From a virus (lineage: Duplodnaviria > Caudoviricetes): a stretch of 62,962 nucleotides of DNA. The translations under genes and the position numbers were made by a program. Below, piece after piece: positions 1 through 10,100 of the stretch (position 1 is the first letter of the stretch; every line of letters begins with the position of its first letter). The notes beneath the pieces were generated by a model that ran no database searches, was not told where the DNA came from, and saw nothing but the letters and a program-made list of their open reading frames with translations. The stretch is taken from positions 1 to 62,962 of IMG/VR virus record IMGVR_UViG_3300033559_000345. One strand, 5' to 3'.

Positions 1-900
1 CACAAACATCCTTTCTCCGGAATGATTTTCCGAGGTACACTCAGCTATAACACCATTCAATGGAAAGCCATTATAGGCAGAGTCAAGTGCTTCACCATTC
101 AATGACGCATCTTCTATGCTGCGATTTGTATCTATAACTCGAACTTCGATAGCGCCAGCACTCAGCGGTATAAGAGAGTTCAAGGGTACCATTTTTGCAT
201 CTATCAGATCAGCAGCTTTCATACCTTGAATCATATTATAGGGTTTAAACGGTATTAATTGAGATACCTGATCGATGTCAACCTTGTCAGAGTTAATTCC
301 ATTTTCAATAAAATCACGAATTGCTTCTCCGCTATTATTGATAAATGACTGTATCAGCCCGGAATCCCCCTCAACCTCATCCTTGTACGATTCAAAATCT
401 TTTTTCCCAACTGTCATCTGTGCTATTTTTGACAGATTCTCTGTAGCTCCAACCATCATTTTTGGAGCAACACCACCTGGGCTCTTAATAGGTGATCCGC
501 CATTAAGACTACTTTTTGCAACAGGCTCACCAAGTGATGTGCTGTTCAGAGCTTTTACTATAGCCTCATCCGTTGCGTGGTTATATACAGGATCCTTGCC
601 ATTAGCATTGATAACCATAACATCAAACGGAGAAAGCTTGAAGTCGTTTACAATAATTGGTATATTAACCTTTATGGGTGACACTCCCCAGAGTACAATA
701 GATCCCTTGGCATATCCTGTTGACTCATCAATATTTGTTATCATAATCTCACTATTGATAGATGGTGGGATACCAGGGAAGGCTTCTGTGAATTTATCAA
801 TAATTTCAGATTCCCATTCTGAACTGTCTGATGGAAGCTTGCTGCCAGCCACTTTTGAAAATTCAGTATTCTTTAATACTGCTGAATTAAGAGTTTTCAT
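1..900 (-). CDS. Phage protein, probably virion/head-associated; runs off the left window edge
   Basis: Not in the ORF track. I translated an open minus frame from ATG 900 (MKTLNSAVLKNTEFSKVAGSKLPSDSSEWESEII...) to base 1, with AGGGA upstream. Contains K-x-A motifs (FSKVA, LSKIA). Confidence 0.7.
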   Translation of the reverse strand, partial: MKTLNSAVLKNTEFSKVAGSKLPSDSSEWESEIIDKFTEAFPGIPPSINSEIMITNIDESTGYAKGSIVLWGVSPIKVNIPIIVNDFKLSPFDVMVINANGKDPVYNHATDEAIVKALNSTSLGEPVAKSSLNGGSPIKSPGGVAPKMMVGATENLSKIAQMTVGKKDFESYKDEVEGDSGLIQSFINNSGEAIRDFIENGINSDKVDIDQVSQLIPFKPYNMIQGMKAADLIDAKMVPLNSLIPLSAGAIEVRVIDTNRSIEDASLNGEALDSAYNGFPLNGVIAECTSENHSGERMFV

Positions 901-915
901 AGTAATCCCTATTGT

Positions 916-1821
916 TTATGTAGTTTTTTTATTACTGGTAAATGACACAATCTGTACCTGCTCTTCAATTGAGACGTTTGCCAGCTCTTTCGATGCCTTC
1001 TCATTTATGATAGTGACATTTTTCTTTGTATTAATGGAGTATAGCTTAGCTTGGTCAAAAATACCCTCAATCTTCTCTTTCATTCTTGTGGTATCAGAAT
1101 TTGACCATATATCATCATGTGTTACAACCATCCCGTATTCTCTAACTTTTGATTCCGACGTGCTTTCGATCGTGTTTACGCATTCAGTTATGCGTAATTT
1201 CTTATACTCTGTAAAGGCAGAGTCACTCATATTATCGAATCCATTTTCTTTACAAGCCCTTCTAATCACATCTCTTAATTTGTCATTAACCTCGCTCAAT
1301 GCCTTTTTATATAAATCATTTTGCACCACGCCTATTGATTTTCCATATCCGCATACCTTTTCCATATCATGCGAGGCACATGTGCATGGGTGCCAGGTAC
1401 GCAATTTATTTGCTACAGCGACCTCACAACCTTTTTCAAGGTATGACATAATACTTACAAGTTCAACTTCTGCATAATTCATCTGATTTCTAAGTGTTGC
1501 ATCCCTCTCCTGCTTAACCTCATATGAATACCTCTCTGTAATGCTATATGACTGCGATACAGCCCTTTGAATAGCCTTGGTCAGCATCTCCCTATAAGCT
1601 TCAGATCTTAGAAATTCAAATTTTTTATTCGAAGATCGCTTTGATGATATGTGAGAGATGATCCTAGAGAAGAGCGTTTGCCTTCCAAGTATAGTATATG
1701 GGAGTATATAAAGAAAAAGAACAGCCGCCACAATGACAAGTATCAGATCAACAAATCCAAGGCTAAGAAGCCATCCAAAAAACTTTGGCGATTCCTGCAT
1801 TATTGTTTTAATCATGTCCAT
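916..1821 (-). CDS. Membrane-anchored hypothetical protein (holin-like role possible, unproven)
   Basis: 301-aa ORF with an N-terminal hydrophobic segment FFGWLLSLGFVDLILVIVAAVLFLYILPY followed by a soluble helical region. Confidence 0.55.
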   Translation of the reverse strand: MDMIKTIMQESPKFFGWLLSLGFVDLILVIVAAVLFLYILPYTILGRQTLFSRIISHISSKRSSNKKFEFLRSEAYREMLTKAIQRAVSQSYSITERYSYEVKQERDATLRNQMNYAEVELVSIMSYLEKGCEVAVANKLRTWHPCTCASHDMEKVCGYGKSIGVVQNDLYKKALSEVNDKLRDVIRRACKENGFDNMSDSAFTEYKKLRITECVNTIESTSESKVREYGMVVTHDDIWSNSDTTRMKEKIEGIFDQAKLYSINTKKNVTIINEKASKELANVSIEEQVQIVSFTSNKKTT

Positions 1822-1895
1822 ATTACCTACAGATTGGAATTATTATTTATACTCTAAATAATATAAATAATGATATCGGATTATGGTATCGATAT

Positions 1896-2207
1896 TTACA
1901 TAGTTTCTGTAATAGTTGGCTTTAAGGCATTAAATGCGAGCTGCCCCATTGTCGGCAATCCAGCTGTAACAGCTGAAGGCGGCACTGGGGGAGGGGCTAT
2001 CATAACTGCTGTAGCTGCCTGAAGCTCAGAGCCACTCAATGCTAAGTTCAGAGCATAAGCTATTGCATGTGATATCGCTTCTGCAGCATCTTCAATCTTA
2101 CCCTCTGTTGCAGACGCTTGGAAATCAGCATTCGCTTTCAGAAAGGATTCTATTTTTGGCTGTATTCTTGCGCCAAGTACTGATGTGCTGAATTTTACCT
2201 GCGGCAT
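1896..2207 (-). CDS. Small putative virion protein, paralog of 2209-2511
   Basis: Collinear similarity to its neighbour: MPQVKFSTS/MPIVKMTTS, SHAIAY in both, FNALK...TETM/FNVLK...TEVM. Confidence 0.7.
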   Translation of the reverse strand: MPQVKFSTSVLGARIQPKIESFLKANADFQASATEGKIEDAAEAISHAIAYALNLALSGSELQAATAVMIAPPPVPPSAVTAGLPTMGQLAFNALKPTITETM

Positions 2208-2208
2208 T

Positions 2209-2511
2209 TTACATAACTTCCGTTGCTTGTGCTTTCAGGACATTAAAGATCAATGTTCCAACCGGGCCTCCCGCCGGTGCGCATATCCCCGCAGAAAAAG
2301 CACTTTGCATTCCGGAGCTCGCCAGTCCTTTAGCTAAACCATAGGCAATAGCATGGGATAGAACTTTTGCAGCGGTAGCAACAGGGTCGCTATCTTCAAC
2401 CCCAGCCATTGTATCAGCCTCAAGGGCTTTTGCATTATCATTAATGAAGGCTTCTATATCGGACTGAATTGAAAGGCCAATAAGAGATGTAGTCATTTTT
2501 ACAATAGGCAT
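2209..2511 (-). CDS. Small putative virion protein, paralog of 1896-2207
   Basis: Start overlaps the stop of the upstream gene at 2511; shares SHAIAY and both termini with 1896-2207. Confidence 0.7.
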   Translation of the reverse strand: MPIVKMTTSLIGLSIQSDIEAFINDNAKALEADTMAGVEDSDPVATAAKVLSHAIAYGLAKGLASSGMQSAFSAGICAPAGGPVGTLIFNVLKAQATEVM

Positions 2512-3863
2512 TATGCTATACTCCTATAAGTATCATCATCCTGAATTATTGCAACTGCAGGGCTACCCTTATCTGATGTGGTAAAACCACCAGCACTCTG
2601 TATCCCGCTATACCCAGGTGTAAACTCAGCAAGGGCTGCAGGGTTAATTGGAGCCGGGCCGCCAGGGGATGTAGTCTGACATAAAGCCGCCTGATACTTA
2701 TTCATCCAATCAAGAAACGCCTCCGTAACCACCGCCAATCCATTAACTCTGAACCCATTAACAGCTGTAACATCAATTCCGGCTGACGGATCCATTACAA
2801 TAGAGTTATTCGAATCATCATCATCACCATGGGTTAAGGTTATTTTACCAGAACCCTGAACCTTGAACTCACCATCCTTTGTGGCTGTAACGGCAAATTT
2901 ATTGAAGTTAGCGCCAGGAACAGCGCTTCCACCACCGCGGATAACCAAATCACCATCATCAGATATTAGAATTTTAAAGATGTTTCCACCTATTCCAGGT
3001 GTGGCACCACGGTCGTCGCCGGTGCTTCTTTCGTTCATGGTTACCTTGTCAACTCTGATGGTAAAGAACCCTTCACCAGCTTCTCCGGACTGAATAGTTA
3101 CACGCTTGTCATCAACATTGATAATCTTACTGAATACAACTTCACCCTTTTCATCAGGTTCAACATTTGAATTATTTGGCCCAAGATATGGATCGTAGGT
3201 ACCTTCGCATGTTGATACCCAATTTTTAAGACTCTGATTCTGTGATACAAATCTTCGATAGACAATTGGAACATTATCCGCGGCAACGCGTGATGCTTTG
3301 TCATCATCATCATTGCCAAGATTTATGCCAAAATGCTCACGAACCGGAAAGGATGGAGGGTTATTCGAAAGTATTCTATGAAAATTTTGCGCTGTATCGA
3401 TTGCTGCATTTTCATTTGCCCCATTTCCATACGGTGACTTTACTGATGATATACCATGAGTCTGCTGAGATATCTTGCCGTGCTCTGTAATTCGAATGTC
3501 AGCCATGCCTTTTGGGTGGCTGTATTTAATTTCATCTTCAAAATCATCCTCGTCAACAACTCCGCTTAATGGTGGTATCTCGAATTTACCAAGGATGACA
3601 ACCTCTGTGCTGGTAACATCACCCTCGTACGTGCCGGTATTTGGATTATAGATGAAATACATCAACACCTTAACTTTGTCACCAACTTTATAGTTTGTCG
3701 GCTCCCCGGTGTGAATCATCGTTGCCTTCATAGCTCCAGAAAACTGACCTAAAGGGGAATCTATAATAATGATGTCCCACCTTTTGCCAACCCTATCATA
3801 TGCAGAAAGCTCCGCCTCGCAGATTCTTGGAATTGGGATCGATGTTATTATTGGTATATTCAT
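2511..3863 (-). CDS. Putative baseplate central spike (gpV/gp5-like)
   Basis: OB-fold-like N-terminus (YKVGDKVKV...VVILG) and Gly/Asp-rich short beta-strand repeats at the C-terminus (ILISDDGDLVIRG, VTATKDGEFKVQG, IVMDPSAGIDV). ATG 3863 preferred over GTG 3905. Confidence 0.45.
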   Translation of the reverse strand: MNIPIITSIPIPRICEAELSAYDRVGKRWDIIIIDSPLGQFSGAMKATMIHTGEPTNYKVGDKVKVLMYFIYNPNTGTYEGDVTSTEVVILGKFEIPPLSGVVDEDDFEDEIKYSHPKGMADIRITEHGKISQQTHGISSVKSPYGNGANENAAIDTAQNFHRILSNNPPSFPVREHFGINLGNDDDDKASRVAADNVPIVYRRFVSQNQSLKNWVSTCEGTYDPYLGPNNSNVEPDEKGEVVFSKIINVDDKRVTIQSGEAGEGFFTIRVDKVTMNERSTGDDRGATPGIGGNIFKILISDDGDLVIRGGGSAVPGANFNKFAVTATKDGEFKVQGSGKITLTHGDDDDSNNSIVMDPSAGIDVTAVNGFRVNGLAVVTEAFLDWMNKYQAALCQTTSPGGPAPINPAALAEFTPGYSGIQSAGGFTTSDKGSPAVAIIQDDDTYRSIA

Positions 3864-3878
3864 GGTATAATAATTATG
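3843..3878 (+). promoter_or_regulatory. Putative phage promoter TGTTAT-N17-TATAAT (copy 1)
   Basis: TGTTAT 3843-3848, 17-nt spacer, TATAAT 3866-3871, then AATTATG; same architecture as four other copies. Confidence 0.55.
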
Positions 3879-3949
3879 TAAGAGGTTACAGTCACTTGGG
3901 CACACTTCCTACAATATACATTATTTACCATTTCAAAGAAAGGGCATAT

Positions 3950-4081
3950 ATGCCACAGGGATTTTGTTTTGATCACCTCTCAATGGACGAGATGTATAAT
4001 CATCGGTGGAGTGAGACGGGCATTACCGAGGCTCCAACCGCCATCGATGATGATTCCATCTGGGATCATCTTTTTGATTAA
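3950..4081 (+). CDS. Small acidic hypothetical protein (43 aa)
   Basis: ATG 3950 is preceded by the GAAAGGG RBS seen before many genes here and by the promoter motif at 3843; a hairpin follows the stop. Confidence 0.5.
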   Translation: MPQGFCFDHLSMDEMYNHRWSETGITEAPTAIDDDSIWDHLFD

Positions 4082-4117
4082 ATAAAAATGGGCAGCCTAC
4101 TTTTGTAGGTTGCCCAT
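4081..4117 (-). terminator. Intrinsic terminator after the RNAP gene (possibly bidirectional)
   Basis: ATGGGCAGCCTAC-tttt-GTAGGTTGCCCAT stem (4088-4117) with a T-run on the minus strand, between convergent genes. Confidence 0.7.
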
Positions 4118-4137
4118 GATAGCTTTATTTCTTTTAG

Positions 4138-7100
4138 CTATTCAACCATTCTATCCTTATTTGTTACAATAAGGTCAGGGAGCGGGTTTCCAGTATTATT
4201 CATAACATCTGTCATCCACCGCTGTGTAGTTCCCTCCATGAACACCTCTTTCAACCGGCTGTGAGCAAGGCGTCCAAGCCAGTCTTCAGACGCACCGGAT
4301 TTTCCACCTATTCCAAGAGAAACAAGCTTCGGGGTATGCTGAATAGGCTTTTTATCCTTCATATTCTTATTGAACCACTCAACAGTAGTCAGCGGAACAT
4401 TATCGCCAAAGGTAAAATTACTGTCACCAGGATCATCAATTTTGGTAGTATTAGTAATACCTCGCACAATTGTTTCAATATCACGCTTATCCAATTTCCC
4501 CTCATTGATATCTGATAACTTCTCAACAAGGAAGCGCTGTGTTTTCTTCATACCATTGAGATCGAGATATTCATGTGGATCAGGCGTCCCTTCGGAAATA
4601 ACCTCACCCTTTTTAACCTGCTGCCCTATTGTAACAATTGGCTCATTTCTATGGCCAACATAGTAAACCTCTTTAGCACCGTTATTGCTGACTGTTACAT
4701 CGTAACCTCCACCCGGCGACTTATCAATACCCTCAACAGTGCCATCCATACTGGCTAGAGTTGCCTTGTCAGGAAGCTTCTTTGTAAATCGCAATGTTCT
4801 ATCAAGAGCATCAAAGGCAGTCCCAAGGTCAAATCTTTTTTTCATCCCGGTAAAAGCACCTCCGGTATGAAATGACTTCATAGCAAGGTTCAATGATGGC
4901 TCAGTGATGGTGTGGGCTGATATCACCCCGATATTATCACCACGCTTCGGCATTTTGTGATTATTGTCCAACCCATACGAGTATGATGAAAACCCGTCTC
5001 CAGGTGTTGGGTCGGTCAAAGGTGATTGCACATTGATAGATTTTATATTGTGCTGATTAAATCTATTGACCATATCATCATTAATCAACTCATTTCGCTT
5101 TGCAACTATTTTCCCATTATCATCTCTTACATCTTTTGCAAGGAACCTGTCCTTAATAGCCTTGATATCATTTGTTTTATAATTCAGACCTTCCTCATCA
5201 AGAGGTGAATCAGATTCAATGCGAGTCTGGTACATCGATGATACAAGATCCTTTGTCATATACCCGGGGGCAAAGGACTGCACTGACTTTTTGATACTGC
5301 CACCACGAGCACCATGCGTAGATGTCCAATAGTCAGATATTGGCAAGCCTTCAGAATAAGATCTTGTTACAGGAATAGGGATCGGTCGATCTTCAGAGTC
5401 CATAAGTAGACCTGGCATAGATATAATCTGACTTGGATTATCAATATTTTTAGCCGCACCAGAATGAACTGCGATGCCAATATCATCATATTGATGTTTG
5501 CTAAGAAGTTCTTTTTTAATTTTATCCATAGTCTTGCTATATACTTCAATTACATCGCCTGTCTTAGCCTCTTTTTTAGCTTCTTTCAGATATTTGTCGC
5601 GAATATCCTTATCAACAACACTATCTGACACCCCAAAAGTAAAGCCATACCTGGAGGTGTGCTTATCACCAAGACTTCTAAGTCGATCGGCAAGATTAAG
5701 CGCATCTTTGCTACCAATACGCTTTGATGCAACGTCTCTAATCCAGCTGTTTACCCTATTAGCATTCAGCTCGACACCCCATTTCTGATCTTCCGGTACA
5801 AGGCCTTCGTTTGCTAGATGCATAATCGCCCGGTCAGTTCTACCATTAATGGTAATATTATCAGAAAGCTGAATGTCACCACGCTGGTAAGCTTTTTTCA
5901 ATTGGTCCATAGTTGATATATCAGAAACATCTTTTCCATCAACACCCTTTGAGGCAAGCCATGTTCCTGCAATAGTATCTTTGGCCGGAGCATTCAAAAC
6001 TGTATCATAACCTGTTTTTAGCATGTTTTTCGATGGAAGCCATTCGAGGGCTTCCTTTACTGCTTTTTCAGTAATTGGGGTATGAAGCTGCAAGGTATCT
6101 TGAACAATAATGCCATTAGTTGCCATGAATGTGTATGGCCCAGGCGCTGTGATATCATACATGTCAATACGCTCTGGATTCAGTTTTACTGTCTTTGCAT
6201 ATACCCATGTTATAGATTTATTCTTGACGATTTCAACCCATCTACTATCCAGGGCGTTATTTATATCGAGCCCTATTATCTTTTCAGCCGCTACACGTGT
6301 CATGTATTTGCAACCAGTCTTTTTAGAATCTGAGATTGCGTTGTATTCAGATATATTAACCTTATACTTGGCGAGTTGCAACATTGTATCAATGATACCT
6401 TTTGATACTGGGACAAGATCTTGTCTTGCAACTATTGACTGGCTATCTTTATACCCGGTAGAGCAAAATTCTTGATATGCAGATAGTTTATCCGGGTGAA
6501 TCAGTTTCAGATCTTTATCAATTACGGACGCTGTTGATATAATAACCTTATACTCAACACCTTTTCTCCCCTGGCTATACTTATAAGCCTTGAGACTTGA
6601 TTTAATACCAACAGCCCGGAGTAGCGTTACAAGCTCTTCCGCCAGTCTGATTGATATTGTTGAATACTGCATTGTAAATGTCTTTTTACCCTTTGACTCG
6701 GCTTTAGTAAATTGGCATAAGCCATCTGTATCCATTAAACCCTCTATCAAGCCAAGTTTGAACCCCTCATTGGCAGCCATATAAAAATCTGGCAGATGCT
6801 TATTTTTAGCCTTCTGACCAATCATGGTTGAGAAGTTGTGTGCAAGGTTTATGCTGGATTTTATATACTTTGTACTGTTGCAGTCAAAACCCTGGAATTC
6901 ATGTGGCGCATGTTGAACTGTACATGCAATATCTGATTCAAGTAAAGAATTTATAACACTTGAGAACTTTTCCCCTATTACTGGAATTATAGACGCAAGG
7001 CACACTGTCTTTGTTCTTGAGCTGTCTGACACCCAGCCATCTCCAATTATAGCGCCAATTAACCATCCGGTATCACGGGTTAATGGCATTTTGTCTTTAC

Positions 7101-10100
7101 ATAACATAGACCCCTGGCCACCAACATTAACTAAAGGTATTGAATTCAGGCTGCTATTAATATCTGTATTCAATACTTTTGCCATCATACGCTTATCAGA
7201 AAGATCAGAAGGGGCCACTCTCTCAAGTTCCCAAGTATCGGGATTAACAGCTATCGCACTTTGGTCTGACGATAGCACAAGTGTTTCTTTGTTATTACAT
7301 GTAACAATATAATTCTCTAAATTCTTATGAATTGAGAATTTTGTTACTGGGACCGTCAACACCTTATGTGTTTTATTATCAACTGTAATAATCTCAATTC
7401 CACTTGGTACATCGAATTCCTCATTGCCATTTTCTTTTATAACACGTGTGTGCTGCAGCCTTGGGAAATCCTCAAGATGAATATGTATAATCTTGTCACC
7501 ATCATCCATAAAAACAGGTAATTTTTCCAATGTTGGCATACTAACCTCTTTCGTTACAGTAAATGAATCAATATCGTTCTTACTGTAATATACCATATCA
7601 CCACCAAAGGAGCATGGGATTTCTGTAGAAATTTCGCAAAAAGATGATTTTTTGAGAAGTATCATAGTCGAAGTCAGCGCCGAGTCACCGTCGAAGTCAC
7701 CCCCTAGATTGCCAGCTATAATGTTTCCGCTCACATCGATTGACTTTTTATCGGTCAGAATAGGTTTGAGCGCAAGCATATTATACTTATGCAGTGACGG
7801 CGCTCTATTTGCGATAACAACCCTCTCATCAGCCACTATCTGCCTTGCCTTCCTGAAGGCTTCGCTGTCTTTCTCAACTTCTTTTTTTGCCTCAATAGGG
7901 CTATAACCCATACCAACAAGCTTCTGGATAATAAAAGGTTGGAATATTTTATTAGCCATTTCTTTTGGAAGCCCTATATGATCACTATCCATATTCGGGT
8001 CAAGTGTCACAGTAGATCTTCCAATAAGATCCTGGCGGCGCTGCATTACTTTTCTCTGGATAAAACCATACTTAGTCTGCTTATCGTCTCCATCCATCTG
8101 CCGGATGAAGCCCTTTTTATTCTTCATTTTCAACATGAAGCTTGTCGGGTCACCAAGTCCTTGAAGGGCTTTCAACTCATCGTATATCTGGCCGCGAACC
8201 CCTGCGAGTTCAATGTTGTTTACATCATCACCCATCTGTGATTCATCAAGAACCTGTTTCAATTCTGACATAGCATTTGAAGTCTGCGCGATAGACTGAT
8301 AAAGCTCGTTCTCATCCGATATTACAATTGTTTCACCGCCACCCATCTGAAACATAGGTCTATATTTAGGCGGGGTAACAGGGACTTTCGAAATAAGATA
8401 ATCTGTAGGCTTCATATTAGAATCATTTAAAGCTTTAATATAGCGCAGTGTTTTATGAGCCTTATTAAGATCAGTGGGGTTGTTTGATATCTTTACAACA
8501 CCTTCTGTTTTTGCTTTTAGCTGTTCAAGGTCAATGTTACTTAAAAGCAGCTCAACAGCCTTTCCGCCAGAAATAGCACCATGAGACCCTGGCGCTACAA
8601 TTTCACGGGTTTTCTCATCCACAAACTTCTTACCATGAATAACATCATCCAGAATCCCGCGGGATACGCCTGCAAGGGCAGCTGCTGCATTTGCTGTAAT
8701 TGGATTCAGGGTCTTTTCTGGAAGATCAATGTGAGTCCACCTGGTGCCTTGCATGCCACCGGTGCGCTCAGGATCAAACAACCCACCTTTAATTGGTTCG
8801 AAATTCTTTTTACGGTATGTCTCAGTTGGGCGTGTCAAAGCTCCAGCTGAAATTGTCTCAACATTCTTATCAGTCATAGGGTTCAGAAGGAGCTGTTTAC
8901 CATTCTGTTCCACATTTATCCCGGCACCTTTAAGGTCAGAAATCATCTTATCCCAGACATAGGCGTTTTTCAACGGTGGGGGTGTCTGGCCAGTCTCAAG
9001 AGCCCTCCACCATTCATCGTTTTTCTGACCTTTGATATCAAACATTTCACGAAGGTTGGTATACGCACCACGAGCAAGTAGTGATCCCAACTCCATGCGG
9101 CCAAGGTTTTTTCCACCCTCGACACCACCCGATGCAGCCTGCTCATAAGCATCATGTCCATCCCTGTACCTGGCGCTGAATTTATGGTCAACCTTATGCT
9201 CAAGCTTTAATATGTGCGACTTTCCAACCTGAATCTTTTTAACAATCTCTTTTCCAGTTTCAGGATCTATGAGTGTCTCTTTGTCTTCAAGCCCAAGCTC
9301 TTTCAGCTCTTCCATTATCTTTCGAGCACTGTCTTCGTCAGAAAAATTTTTAATTTTATACCGCTCACCTCTAGCTTCTGCTATTTTTCCGGCAGCATTT
9401 TCAAGTATCTGCGATGAGTTGATACGGTTCATGACACCAATCGGACTCATTGTAAGGTCAATATTCCTTCCGGTTCTTGGATTGAACGGCATCTCTGAGT
9501 CGGGGAGTATCTTTGATATGATATGCTTGTTTCCATGGAGGCCAACAATCTTATCAGCTTCCTTCATGGGCTCCTCAGTTTTAATATTCACAACAACATG
9601 GTTGCCCTTTTTCTCTACACCAGTAACAACCCCCCTGACATGCTTATCCCATACCTGAGAATTGTCACCCATATCTCTTTTTAACTGCTTGTCAAGGCGT
9701 CCTACAGCAATATCATCAGCGGTTGGCATTCTTTTCTCAAGATGAGCAACTACAACCTCACCAGGTTCAACTGTCTCACCCACCCTGATAACACCATCTG
9801 CATCCAGTTTCTTCTCATTTTTAGCCTTAAGCACCTCTGGAAAGTATGCTTTAAACTTTGCCCTGGAGAATACACCAGAGCTTGTACGCCTGTCTTTAAC
9901 ATCATACATGTGCTGAGATGTGAATTTCTTTGCAGCTGATTCTGATATTACTGCAGAATCTTCAAAGTTATACCCTTTCCAGGGGATATATGCAACATCA
10001 AGGTTAGCACCAAGCGCGTAGTGCCCACCATCTTTAGTAAAGTTATTGTCAGCAAGAACCTGCTTCTGCGTAACCTTATCCCCAACCTTAACAACGGGAT

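Noticed and set aside
275-1477. 400-aa plus-strand ORF
   Set aside because: Antisense shadow of two minus-strand genes (1-900 and 916-1821); Ser/Ile/Phe-rich composition typical of reverse frames and no RBS.
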